Of a stretch of DNA of 64,000 nt, positions 36,501 to 48,664 are shown in pieces. Source of the stretch: Macrostomum hystrix (lineage: Eukaryota; Animalia; Platyhelminthes); the NCBI GenBank assembly GCA_950097015.1, contig CATNEN010000001.1, positions 13,702,001-13,766,000 of the forward strand. Direction: 5' to 3'. Position 1 is the first letter of the stretch. Each line of letters starts with the position of its first letter. The notes below the pieces were generated by a model. The model was not told the DNA's origin. It saw only the letters and a program-made list of their open reading frames with translations, and searched no databases. The position numbers and the translations under genes are program-made.

Positions 36501-36941
36501 GCATATTATTAGACTAAGTATATTGTACTTTTTTAACCATAGACATATTTAGTATTTCTGCAAATTGCCAAGAGTCATGAGTGCATTTTTTTCGCGAAAA
36601 GACTATATATTATCTATATATTGTATTGAATACCTGTGAATGAAAAATAATGACAGTTTTTTTGCAAAAATACTAACGATACGATGATGAACATATTTTT
36701 GCGAAAGAACATGTTCTAAAACAAATACAAACTGCGAAATTGCTTTGAGTACTAACATACAAACAATAATGCTTAACATAGTGCTGATGATTGTTGGTGA
36801 TGGTATTTTCGCGAAAAGATTAGTGTATTTTCAATCATTTACAACACAACACATATGTAGATATCAAATAGTATTGATAATCAGAAGCTTTATAATATCA
36901 CTGTAATTAATCATAGTGAATGTATTTTTTATAATATCATT

Positions 36942-37622
36942 TCAAACTTGTGCCTCCTCAATTGCAATCGCTACTGCTGCTGACGCTTCCGCCTCTTCAG
37001 CTGCGGCATACAATAGGCAGTCGTCAGCTGGGTCAAATGTACAGCTACTGGCTGTCATCGCTGCTGCTGACGCCTCTGCCTCTTCAGCTGCGGCATACAA
37101 TAGGCAGTCGTCAGCTGGATCAAATAAACAGCTACTGGCTGCCATCGCTGCCGCTGCTGCTGACGCCTCTGCCTCTTCAGCCGCGGCATACAATAGGCAG
37201 TCGTCAGCTGGGTCAAATAAGCAGCTACTGGCTGGCATCGCTGCCGCTGCTGCTGACGCCTCCGCCTCTTCAGCTGCTGCATACAAAAGCTCGTCATCAG
37301 CTGGGTCAAATAAACAGCTACTGGCTGCCATCGCTGCCGCTGCTGCTGACGCCTCCGCCTCTTCAGCTGCTGCATACAAAAGCTCGTCATCAGCTGGGTC
37401 AAAGCAATTGGCTGCCATCGCCGCTTCGACCTCTTCAGCTACGGCGTATAACAAATGGTCGTCTGCCAGGCCGAATACAAAACTGTATGTTGAATTGTAT
37501 GTTTCATCATACCCGTAGTCATCATAGCCTGGCTCTTCATTCAGCTCAACGTCATCGTCGTGACAGTTGGATTTTTCCGCATCGTTTAGAGTTGGCCCTG
37601 ATGATGATGTTGATGTAGGCAT
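36942..37622 (-). CDS. Acidic repeat protein, ~5 copies of FDPADD(E/C)LLYAAAEEAEASAAAAAMAASSCL
   Basis: 226-aa ATG-initiated ORF built from ~93-bp repeats, with a TATA-like TTTAAATA upstream. The opposite strand is also open, so the strand is inferred. Confidence 0.55.
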   Translation of the reverse strand: MPTSTSSSGPTLNDAEKSNCHDDDVELNEEPGYDDYGYDETYNSTYSFVFGLADDHLLYAVAEEVEAAMAANCFDPADDELLYAAAEEAEASAAAAAMAASSCLFDPADDELLYAAAEEAEASAAAAAMPASSCLFDPADDCLLYAAAEEAEASAAAAAMAASSCLFDPADDCLLYAAAEEAEASAAAMTASSCTFDPADDCLLYAAAEEAEASAAVAIAIEEAQV

Positions 37623-37858
37623 GGCGAGACAATGGGGGCAGTATTTAAAATGTTGAACTTGTTTTATTTACTTCATTAATTGTCCAAAGTTTCAACTGCA
37701 TTGATTACATATTCCCAATCACATAAGATTATCAGCAAGCTTGTTACCATAGACTAGCAATAGGGTTTTTAGTTGGTTACTTTACTAAGGTAAGTGGCGT
37801 AACTTATTTACACATTTTAGATTCTTAATTATTGTTTCAAATAAAAAAAAACTACAAC

Positions 37859-38317
37859 ATGTCATCACTGGGTGCGCGGCACAATGGCGGAGATCGAGAT
37901 CGAGATATCGACAGAGAGGATCACAACTCTGGCAACGACAAACCGATCTCGTGCCCTACCGTCAGTAGCAGCACAGATGTCGTGATTGGCACTGAGCGAC
38001 GTCGACGAAGGCACAGCTCGGATAGTAGTTCAGACTCGGATTTTGCTATTCTGCCTTCACGTCAACGTGTTCAGTACGTATTGCATCGTCCAGGTGTCGT
38101 GCGCATTTACAATCAGAGATTTGGAATTGTGAACGCCAATCCGACACGTGATTTAGCCGGCCAATTGCAACTGCCGCAGCATGCGCAAGTGACCGATATA
38201 CAGTCACCAATTATAAGCAGCAGCAGCAGCAACAGTAACAATGGCGGCACTGGCACTGAAAGAGAGCGTGGCGATGCCAATCGTGCTGCAAATAACCCAG
38301 ATTTGAATGACATGTAG
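37859..38317 (+). CDS. Hypothetical low-complexity protein
   Basis: ATG-initiated GC-rich ORF in an AT-rich context, with an RRRRR basic patch. Confidence 0.45.
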   Translation: MSSLGARHNGGDRDRDIDREDHNSGNDKPISCPTVSSSTDVVIGTERRRRRHSSDSSSDSDFAILPSRQRVQYVLHRPGVVRIYNQRFGIVNANPTRDLAGQLQLPQHAQVTDIQSPIISSSSSNSNNGGTGTERERGDANRAANNPDLNDM

Positions 38318-38830
38318 CAATTGTTTTGTTAAGCACTGTTGCCATTGCTTATAATGAAATTAATTAACTGATTAATATAATTAGAAGTTTCATGTATTTG
38401 ATTCATACATCAGAGTATTTAAAATCGACAGTTCATGATGCCTGCAAATGTTTTAAAGTACTTTTATATACACTAGCTCTCGTTCACCTTCACGTGGTAT
38501 ATTCAAAGCATAAGAGTTTGCCGTCACTATTGACAATATATTGTCGCGTTTACCATTAATCATAATCAGACGACTGATGAGATCAGTCAGTAATAAAATA
38601 TTAATACGCGAACACAGATGTGTGCAGGTAGTCAACCGGTAATTATTAATACGGTTTTTATTAAATTTCACCAATACATATAGAGTATAAATATATATAG
38701 AATTTCATTGGTTGAACAAATAATCGTGCCATTCTACAATTAGTCTGATTTGCAAAGTCGCGAGAGCAAAAATAAACGTGTAAACTATAATACATAAAAT
38801 TCTGCATATAAATTCTGTATTTTACAGCAT

Positions 38831-39211
38831 TCATTGTTCGATGTACCAATAGCGAACTCCATGTATGATGAGCTGAAGTTCAGCTTGGGCTTCCTCTAAA
38901 AGCTCTAGCACTTCGATGATGTCTTGTGCTTCATCGTCTCTTACACCAGTCACGGACAAGACAGCCTGATAGTCTTCTGCTGACCGGTGCTTTTGCAGCC
39001 ATTGTTGAGTGCGCCGTAATAATAAACATAGCTCATTAGCGTTGTACTCTGCATTTGGAACACCGCGTTGCAAACTAGGTAGCTGCTCGAAGCACCCTCG
39101 ATGCGCTATGAACCGGCCAATGCAATCTATGCGACAGCTGAGAAAGAGTTGAAATACGCGCGGCTGAAGATACATTTGTACTAACTGCATCTGATCGGCA
39201 ATTAACGACAT
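38831..39211 (-). CDS. Small orphan protein, paralog of 43842-44261
   Basis: Aligns without gaps to the 139-aa ORF (C.I.C...F...RG..EQL..LQR..P.AE.N...L...WL..H...Y..L.VT...EA.D..E.L.LLE...ELQ.I.HG..YW). Confidence 0.8.
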   Translation of the reverse strand: MSLIADQMQLVQMYLQPRVFQLFLSCRIDCIGRFIAHRGCFEQLPSLQRGVPNAEYNANELCLLLRRTQQWLQKHRSAEDYQAVLSVTGVRDDEAQDIIEVLELLEEAQAELQLIIHGVRYWYIEQ

Positions 39212-39499
39212 GTTCAGTCAGTTAGTAAATCAAGTAAAGCAAAAAATAGTTTTGTTAAAAAAAATTCTAAACTTTAATCGTTTAATAAGAAGCGATATAC
39301 TAATATTAATATTAATGCGATAAGAAGCCCCCATAGAGTATAATTTATCGAACACAGGTGAGTCAGTCCAGAGACAAATCAAATGAATACAGGCCAGTCT
39401 GGGTATTAAGAACAAGAAATCTTTCTCGGCCAAGAAATCAGCCCACAACCAACGCCATACGGACAGAAGCTACAGGATAGCGAGCGACACAGCACGGAC

Positions 39500-39880
39500 A
39501 TGAGCAACAATAGCAACAAATTTCCCTCCTTCACCGCGGCGTTCCGGGAACACGTACTGGCCTCCGCTGCGGCCGAATTGGAAAGCGCATTGCGAGCAGC
39601 GATGGATGCAGCGACAGCAGTGGCGGCAGCGGAGGCCTGGACGCCGGGACGTCGCGGGAAGGAGGCCGAGATGGCTGCCGCTATGCGGCGGGTCCGGGCG
39701 GCCATGGTCCGCATGGCCCGGGCCCGCCGCATAGCGGCAGGGCTGGATCCTTATGTGAGTAGTAGATTTCGATTCCTTTCATTTGAATATTTATGAACAC
39801 ATATGCATGGTAACATCTGAGCTAACAAACTAAATGAAACCTAAAACCCATCTTTCATCCCGCAGCCGGGTGTGCTATAA
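39500..39880 (+). CDS. Small Ala/Arg-rich protein, probably spliced (donor ~39755, acceptor ~39865)
   Basis: GC-rich ATG ORF ending at GTGAGT; downstream CCGCAG|CCGGGTGTGCTATAA gives a short last exon. Confidence 0.4.
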
Positions 39881-41531
39881 TCAGTCCGACTATCTGGTGT
39901 GCTATAATCAGTCCGACGGACCGTATTAGACATTAACAATCATTAAAATATAATCAGTCCGTTTAATAAAAATTCTGTTATTGTTTGTAAATAAAATAAG
40001 CTTAAAATTGTTCTCAAAATACATAACTTCTTATCTTGGTTATTTATTTTATCATTAAAATAATATGAACTGATTGTTGGTTATGTGGTGTACATTGGCG
40101 ATGAGACTTACTACAATAACGACGTAATCGTAATCGATCAGTCTGGTATATAATTTCAAGTAAAGTTTATACAAGTTTCTCATGTAAGAAAATATTAATA
40201 AAAACGGATTCGTTTAAAAAAGTAAAGTACAAACAACGAATAAATTATTATACGCTTACGTCTTGCTAGATATGCCAAGATGCACTATTAAAACGTGCAG
40301 ACTATAGGTATGTAGTGCATTAAATTGTGCGTATTTTACCAAAGACATATCTGCTTGGTACAGCTCGATTTTTTCGCGATTTTTTTTCTTCGTATCCACA
40401 TTTTTTCTTTCGAAAATACAGTCAGACGTTTTTGGCCATAGACAAAAAAACGGCTGCATATAATTCATATTGTATGCAGTATTTTTGCAAAAGATCTTTC
40501 AGTAGCGTGGCTATATCTATGGTATTTTCGCGAATATAGCCAGACATTTCATCTATAATTAGTATTTGCGCACTGCCAATTTTTTTTTCGACAAAGTAAG
40601 AAGGCTCTTATGGAAGACAGCATAGTCACACCGGACTGCTACGGTATTGTAGTGTATATAGTGACTCGGTGTGACGGTTCGGTGGTTCACATACTGCGAC
40701 ATGTCACATACTGGTTAATATCAATTTGCAATTTAACGTTGTACATCGCATAGCTGCTCGTGCCAATGTTAACTTGACGTTGTACGTCTGGTTAAATTCG
40801 CGCATTTTGCGCAACGCAAAATACAGCAGTACTTTGCATAGACGTACAATGTCGAGCTTAACATTGCCTATGCAAGTCTCAACCTCATGAGTGTTTCCTG
40901 GTATGTCCTCATTCTCCCACTGTCTTTCGACTATCTTTTGTATTTTTAAATGTTTCATACAGTTTTTGTATGCCAATTTTATAAAAATGACTGCGACCAA
41001 GTGACTGTCCTTTCAAGCGCAGCTACAGTACATGTCAAATTAGCATTAATAAATAAATAATAAATATAAATAATTTAGTGTTTGTTATTTGTATAATCAT
41101 TAATAGTACACAACTTCTTATCTTGTTTATTCTATCATTAAAATAATATGAACTGAACTGACTGGCGGTTATGCGGTGTACATTGGCGTTGAGACTTATT
41201 ACAAGACCGACGTAATCGTAATCGATCAGTCTGAGATATTATGTTTGTATTTATACTGCGCAAAACCTGAGAATAATGAAGTAGACTTAAAACTAAAATT
41301 TATGTAGTAGAAATAGACAGTAGTGGAATCAAATCGCATAAAGGTATATATTTTTTAGTTTATTCTTATATCAACGTATATTAAATCAATCGATTAAATC
41401 AAGTTCAGTCTGAATTTATTATAAGTGAGTCAGTCGATTATTCAGCAAGCCAGCCAGCCAGCCAATCAGCCAGTAGACAGACAAAGCAGCCCAATCTGAG
41501 TTGCACGCAGAGCCAATTGAATTGAATGAAA

Positions 41532-43040
41532 TCAATTGCCGCACAGACATTGTCGCGTCTTGATCAATCGGCCGTGTCTTGACACTGTCGTAGTCAATAT
41601 ATTGTGTGTGCATATACAATACGAGCGTCTAGATGCACGCAAAGCATCAGTCGCAGGTATAGTCGATTGCGATGACTGCACATCACTTATTGACATTGCG
41701 ACATCGTCGTCAAGGTCGGCGGTCAGAACCAATTCTGCTGCGGCATCGGCATCTCCTTGCGGCACTGTCACATCAGATAACTGTTCATCCGAATCGTTGT
41801 TGACATCAGCAATGATGATCTCCATTGCGACATCAAACATGTCATCGATGTGACTTGCTTCGGAATGGGCAGCGAAATCCGATCCAGCAGCAGCAGCAAC
41901 ACAATCCGTATTGGTAGACAGAAATTGCATAGCGGCAGGTTGCATCAAGTCGAGCAGAATCTGCGCCATTTCAATGTCATCACCGTGACCGGATGATGTA
42001 CCAATACACACTGACTGCGTGCTGACATTGGCTTCGATTGAAACATCGGTCACACCGTTTTGTGCACTGACACCAACTGTCGCTGTTGTTACTCTTGGCG
42101 CACAGACAGGAATAAAAACAGGTAGCGGCACCGGAACGAAATACGGCACCTCGACAGTTGGAATCGGCAACATAGGCATCGCTGGTGATCCGATTGGCTC
42201 AATTTGCAACATTGGCATTGATGGCGATGGTACTGGCGAGTGATCCGATTGGATTGTTTCTGCTGCTGCTTCAATCGCATTGTGATTAAGCGGAGTAGAT
42301 GTACAAATTGGATGCCGTACTGATCCAATTGACACGCTGTCCGCTTGGCTCACATGTTCAGCAGGCTCGTCAGTACTTGTTGCATAGATGATGCCTGATT
42401 CAGCTGCGCTATCTTCTATGATGATAGTTTCTGCTGGCTGCTCTGCTGCTGACTGCTCTGCCGCTGACTGCTCTGCTGATGGCTGCTCTGCTGCTGGCTG
42501 CTCTGCTGCTGGCTGCTCTGCTACGGGCTGCTCTGCTACTGGCTGCTCTGCTGCTGGCTGCTCTGCTGCTGGCAGTCGACGGGCAATGTAGCGCTCGTGC
42601 ATATAGTCGACAATCTCGCCGACCACAGCTGGTAGTGGATCCAGTTGTTCAAGCTGGACCACTTCGCCCATTGCCGCTGCTCCCGCCACTGCCACTGGCT
42701 GAGCTGGTTGGCCACCGACGCGACGCTGCGGATTCCGCTTACATCTATATAGATGATGCAACATGTTGGACGTTATTTTGTTGCAATGCGGACACGCTAG
42801 CACACGTCCACCGGCAGCGACATCCACACCAGCCCGCTGTAGTTGCAGCATCTTCCAGACGGCACTTCCACGCTCCTTAACCGACGCGAATAGCGATGGC
42901 CTTTGACCAACAGGTAGGACTGTCCAGTCAAATTCGGCATGGACAGCTTTATGCGCCTCTATAAAATGTCTTCGCATCATATTGGCGCGGATTTGCTGGC
43001 CGCAGAAATGGCAGAAGCGGAGTCCGTTGTTGTCTTCCAT
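41532..43040 (-). CDS. Double zinc-finger protein (502 aa), N-terminus paralogous to the recombinase gene
   Basis: CHFC...RHFIEAH...FDW..LP...RP...VWK...CPHC...HHLYRCKRNP, then AEQP repeats and an acidic disordered tail. TATA-like sequence upstream. Confidence 0.8.
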   Translation of the reverse strand: MEDNNGLRFCHFCGQQIRANMMRRHFIEAHKAVHAEFDWTVLPVGQRPSLFASVKERGSAVWKMLQLQRAGVDVAAGGRVLACPHCNKITSNMLHHLYRCKRNPQRRVGGQPAQPVAVAGAAAMGEVVQLEQLDPLPAVVGEIVDYMHERYIARRLPAAEQPAAEQPVAEQPVAEQPAAEQPAAEQPSAEQSAAEQSAAEQPAETIIIEDSAAESGIIYATSTDEPAEHVSQADSVSIGSVRHPICTSTPLNHNAIEAAAETIQSDHSPVPSPSMPMLQIEPIGSPAMPMLPIPTVEVPYFVPVPLPVFIPVCAPRVTTATVGVSAQNGVTDVSIEANVSTQSVCIGTSSGHGDDIEMAQILLDLMQPAAMQFLSTNTDCVAAAAGSDFAAHSEASHIDDMFDVAMEIIIADVNNDSDEQLSDVTVPQGDADAAAELVLTADLDDDVAMSISDVQSSQSTIPATDALRASRRSYCICTHNILTTTVSRHGRLIKTRQCLCGN

Positions 43041-43239
43041 TGCAGCTTAAATATAGTCGTTCGCTGGCTAGCCTGCTGAATAATCGACAGAGTGGTCGTT
43101 GTGGCTGAATTTTAATTATCGATTTGCGTGCGCGCGCGCATATATTTACCTAGCACTGCTCATATCCTGTACAGAGCAGCAGTCAGACACATAGACATAG
43201 ACAGGCATCGTCAACTGGGTCTAAGCTATTTCCATATAT

Positions 43240-43600
43240 AGTATTTTCGCGAAAATACTGATATGCTCTATAAACAAAGGTAAGGGCAGTATTTTTGCAA
43301 AAGTTCTTAAAGTAGTATGCATGATTACATCTTTGGTAATTTCGCGAAAATACTGCTATGCTATTAAACAAAGGTAGTTGGCGGTATTTTTGCAAAAGTT
43401 CTTAAAGTAGTGTGCATGATTACATCTTTGGTATTTTCGCGAAAAGACTGCTATGCTATTAAACAAAGGTAGTTGGCGGTATTTTTGCGAAAATTCTTAA
43501 TGTAGTGTGCATGGCTACATCTTATGGTATTATCGCGAATGCAGATACGCGGCGGTTGAAGACAATAAGAAGACAATATTTTTGCGAAAGTACTTTAAGT
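43240..43600 (+). repeat. Second array of the ~100-bp palindromic unit
   Basis: About four units, same orientation as 35815-36500. Confidence 0.9.
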
Positions 43601-43841
43601 ATTCATGATGACTATATCTAATGGTAATCAATAACCAAATATGACTTGACTTCATTATATTTTATTATTATTCATGCCGCGAATACAACTTGCAACAGGT
43701 TCACTCATGTATTTTTGCTTGAGCGAATTAATTGGGTTAAATAAATAGCTGGCATTAATTAAACGGCGAACAGGAAACTACAATTAGCTGTATTAAGTCT
43801 ACCTAAAACTAGTGCTGCTACTGCTGCTGCTGCTGCTGCTG

Positions 43842-44261
43842 TTACTGCTCAATTCGATATCGGCGGCTCCGGAGCAACTCTCGCAGTCTAGCCCTTTGCT
43901 GTACGCCGCGCCAGTAGTCCAGGCCGTGTAGAATGTGCTGCAGCTCCAAACATGTGTCCTCCAGCAGGCCTAGCAGCTCGGCCAAGTCGAAGGCCTCGTT
44001 CTCTGTTAGGCAGGTCACCTCCAGGATGGTCTCGTAGCCCGCAGCTGTCTTGTGTTGTAGCAGCCAGTCCAGGAGGCTCTTCATCAGGGTGTGCAGCTGG
44101 GTGACGTTCAGCTCAGCAGTCGGGCAGTGGCGCTGCAGGCAGGTTAGCTGCTCCAATCGTCCTCGGTAAGTCAGGAACGGGGCCAGACAGGCGATGTCGC
44201 ATCTGGCCAGGAGTGCCACGGTGGCCGGCGAGCCGAACAGCGCCACAGGATGCGCATTCAT
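43842..44261 (-). CDS. Small orphan protein, paralog of 38831-39211
   Basis: Protein similarity retained despite different GC content and codon usage. Confidence 0.8.
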   Translation of the reverse strand: MNAHPVALFGSPATVALLARCDIACLAPFLTYRGRLEQLTCLQRHCPTAELNVTQLHTLMKSLLDWLLQHKTAAGYETILEVTCLTENEAFDLAELLGLLEDTCLELQHILHGLDYWRGVQQRARLRELLRSRRYRIEQ

Positions 44262-44589
44262 CGTGAGTTCTACACAACCAACAATGTCGTGAGTGCAACA
44301 GCAGCGCGTCTAACACTAGCAGAAGTAGAATTAGAATAGGAAGCAGAGTTCTAAATGGAAAGTAAATACAGTATTTTCGCGAAGGTAAGGGCAGTATTTT
44401 TGCAAAAGTAGCGTGACTACATCTTATGGTATTTTCGCAAATGCAGATACGTATTCTCAGACAAAGTGACTTTTTACCATAGACAAATTTAGTGTATTTC
44501 TGTAAATTGCCAAAACTCACGAATGAGTTTTTTCGCGAAAAGACAATATGTACTATATTGAATACTTGTAAATGAAAAATAGTGTCTGT

Positions 44590-45200
44590 TTTTGCGAAAA
44601 TACTGCTATGCTATTAAACAAAGGTAGTTGGCGGTATTTTTGCAAAAGTTCTTAAAGTAGTGTGCATGGCTACATATTATGGTATTTTCGCGAAAATACT
44701 GCTATCCTATTAAACGCAGGTAGTAAAGGTAGTTTGCGGTATTTTTGCAAAAGTTATTAAAGTAGTGTGCATGGCTACATCTTAAGGTATTTTCGCGAAA
44801 ATACTGTTATGCTATTAAACACAGGTAGTTGGCGGTATTTTTGCAAAAGTTATTAATTAAGTAGGTTATATGCGTGGCTATATCTTAAGGTATTTTCGCG
44901 AAAATACTGCTATGCTATTAAACAAAGGTAGTTGGCGGTATTTTTGCAAAAGTTCTTAAAGTAGTGTGCATGGCTACATATTATGGTATTTTCGCGAAAA
45001 TACTGCTATCCTATTAAACGCAGGTAGTAAAGGTAGTTTGCGGTATTTTTGCAAAAGTTATTAAAGTAGTGTGCATGGCTACATCTTAAGGTATTTTCGC
45101 GAAAATACTGTTATGCTATTAAACACAGGTAGTTGGCGGTATTTTTGCAAAAGTTCTTAAAGTAGTGTGCATGGCTACATATTATGGTATTTTCGCGAAT
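44590..45200 (+). repeat. Third array of the ~100-bp palindromic unit
   Basis: About six units with higher-order (~303-bp) periodicity. Confidence 0.92.
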
Positions 45201-45602
45201 GTAGATACGTATTCTCAGACAAAGTGACTTGTACTTTTTTACCATCGACCAATTTAGTATATTTCTCTGCTAATTGTCAATAATCACGAATGATTTTTTC
45301 GTGTATCTTCGGCTTTTAAGAAAACGAGAATAGTTTAATCTCAGTTTAATCAGATGATAATCAAATGATTTCATTTGTCAATTTATTTAATTACTAACGA
45401 AATAATCACAGTGTTGACAATCATTAGCATCTTAACAATATATAAGAGAGCAACAAACAGAACATATGAGATTCTCGGTTGTAAAGGGACGGGTATTAGT
45501 GGGGGTATCACAATTGACACAATTGATAATTGATAATAGTTTGGCAAATCAGACAATCAGCACATATAAAGTCAGGTGACACGACTGGGACAATATGAGC
45601 AT

Positions 45603-48600
45603 TCAGATGTCCAGTCTAGTTCTCGAACTGATCAGGCGCCCAGATCGCGTCCTGTATTCCGTTCGACGAACCACGAGTAGCTCAGAATCCGAGCTGGTCT
45701 CATTGTCATTGCTGACGTGCTGTTGTTCACCATCATCACCTTCTTCGTCGATATCGTCGTGAACGTTGCCTTGTCCAGCCGATGCTCCAAACATCGGCGG
45801 TTGACTAAGACTGCGTCGTCTAGACGATGTAGACGAAATAGGCGATGGTGTTGCTGAATCGATGGCCGGCTTTGTCGACTCGGTGTTGTCCGTTGTTGAA
45901 CATCTAGGACTAACCGTAGCGGGTCGCATTGTCGACATTCGAGGTCGCTTCTTGTCAGTGGCCTTGCAAATGGACGACCGTCGAGTGCGTCGCTTGCGTG
46001 TGCGTTGACTATGTGGCATCACAATGTCATCAGCAGGTAGAGGAGATGCAGCCGATGAATTGGTTGCGTCCAGATCAACGCTACAGGCGGCAGAGCGACG
46101 ACGCTTCGTGTCGTTTTCGGCTGTTGGATGTCGTTGATGTCGACGATCAAGTGGCCGATTGTGACAGAATGTCTCGAAGCATCCTCTGACGTCGTCGGCG
46201 ACCATCAGATTGGCCTGCTGTTTGGCCAGGCGTCCATACGCATTCACGACACAGTTGCGCGATGTGTCGTACAGAGGCACCAGCTGGTCTAGCTTGTCGG
46301 GATGCGCGTGCACATAGGCCGACAGTACATTTCGACGACCATCGCCCATGCGATAGGGCCGATCGATGACCAACTCGGCGCCCTGCTTGACAAGCGTGCT
46401 GAAACTTGTCGAGTCACGCTGCTTGCCACGATGCGTAGGAAACAACAGACATTTGCCTGGCCTGACATGGATGTTGCACTCGGCGAAGTATGGCAATAGA
46501 AAGTTGTCTATCCATTGCAGTAGACATTCGCCGACTTTGCGTGGCGCAGTCCAGCTTGCACCTTTACCACGACCGCCCTTTTTGTGTGCCACTTCGGTAG
46601 GCGGCAGGACTGTGACAATGGTGGAGGACGTTGATACGCCGCTATTGAGTGCAGCATCCAAATAGCAACGCCGGATCGCGACCCAAGGACGTAGTCGATT
46701 GGCATGGACAATTGCTGCACAGAAGAAGGCCAGTTCACGCGTGATCGGCATAATAAATGTATTCCATTTGCCGACGACGTTGGCCATTCGACGTGCACAT
46801 TGTCCAATGCGACCCCAGTAGCCCTTCACGGGTAGATGAGACCACGAATGTTTGGCGACCATATCAATCAGGCAGTCTAGCCGGTTGTGAATGATGCGCC
46901 ATTCGTCAGCGGTCAGGAACTTATCCGTGTAGGACAGCTGGCGTTCGTCATCGCGCAGGTGATAGATATTCTCTTGCCGCTGACGAATCAATCCAATGCA
47001 AGCCTGTACATGTTAAAGGGTTATGAAAGATAAAGTACATGCAGTAGCTTCTACAATTGTTCGTGATATATCAACTAACATAGTATACAATATGCGACAC
47101 AACAACACTGCTCACCATGATTGATTCGATGCGGCTAGTCAACAGACCAGATACTGCAGTCTGATGATAGAGAATACCATCTTTGCGCGGGTCAGGACAG
47201 GCAGGCAATTCTGACGCGGCCTTGACAATGTCGGCATGCACGTTGGCAAACAATCCATCTGGTGGCGAGGTCAATTGGAACGCGTTCATAACACTAGGAG
47301 CACCGAAGTCGTTGTTGGCTGCTAGAAACTTCTTCGCGCCGCTCAATATGTTATGAAGCTCGTTCATTCGCTGTCCAACAGTCGATGGTTTCCAGATATG
47401 GCGCTTCACCATCTCGTCCAAATCGAATTGGATGCGCGCTGGATTGATGAACCACATCTCGACTGTGACATTGATTGCGTGTAGGAGACGACTAGTTGTA
47501 GCATGATAGTTCCGCTGGATTGCTTTCCTACGGCTAACATGCGATGCGTTCTCTTCTACACAGCAATGACCCTTGAACCAGATGTCGCCGACATTGTCTA
47601 GTTGCTTGTACATGTGTTCAGATGCAACGTGGTAGTCTGGGCCGTCGAAAACAACAAGCCGAGACGTCTTGTGCCTCCGTTGCAATACAAGCTCCTCTTC
47701 ACTGACAGAATCATCAGTATTTTCCACGTCAGATTTAGAGGTCTGAGTCTCTGCTTGTCGCTGACTGACAGCATTGGTGACTCCGACCGGAACATAGTCT
47801 GACGTATACTGGAGAATTGCTTCTGTCAGATTGACCAGATTCTGCAAGCTAGTACACACGCGCGGATGCTCAGCGTTGTGGGCTTTCTGCAGAATCTCGT
47901 TGAGGCCGGCCGCATTCAGACGCAGTCCATTGATAAACTCTGTTTGACAGGAAAGTTATAAATATTTGTTGATTATTTTTTTGTCTTTATGTGTAAATTT
48001 AAAAATGTAAAGGCATGTACAACAATATTTTAGACCACTTACTGATCGCTGCCACATTGTCGTTGGCATTATCGAATTCTGGCATCGTACTCGTTTCGTT
48101 TTGCAGTCGCTCGATGTCGTGACTGACAATATCGGCCGTGTAAGATGGTCCGGCACGATCGAAACTAGCCAACACCGTTGCTACTAAAGTAGACGGTGTG
48201 ACAGACGATGCACTGTTGATAATGCGTACAGCATTGGACTGTCCAGCAGAAGACGATCCCGCAGAAGACGCTAACACGACAATAGGCGGCTCAATGTTTG
48301 CACCCGCGTCTATCGAATCAGACGAAGAGTCGTCGCTGTCACTTGACGAACGGGTTGCATTTGCTGCCTCTGTAATTGCCGGTTTACGCTTGCATGTCCT
48401 GGCAATGTGTTTACTGAGATGCTGAACACCTTTGCCACAGTATTGACAATAAGACAAAGATGCATCGGATCCATCCCGACGTAACCGGATGATCTTCCAT
48501 ACGGTCTTTGCCTTGACATCATACGATGCAGTCGCTGCGGGTCGTCGAACCTCTGGGATCGTGCTCCAATCAAAAGCCGAAACGAAGTCCGAATGGTGTC

Positions 48601-48664
48601 TAATAAAATGCCTTACAACATTCGAGTTCGGAATTGAAGCTTTGCAGACTGGGCACGTATCCAT
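45603..48664 (-). CDS. Zinc-finger plus tyrosine recombinase-like protein, 3 exons (48664-48043, 47939-47116, 47003-45603), ~948 aa
   Basis: Two phase-compatible GT-AG introns join three ORFs. YR-type motifs in order: HANRLRP (Arg I), AHKK (Lys), LLFPTHRGK, MGDGRR (Arg II), LYDTSRNCVVNAY (Tyr). Both His positions are substituted. Confidence 0.7.

Noticed and set aside
35815-45200. CRISPR-like appearance of regularly spaced palindromes
   Set aside because: Sequence between palindromes is itself repeated (no unique spacers), there are no cas genes, and the context is eukaryotic.
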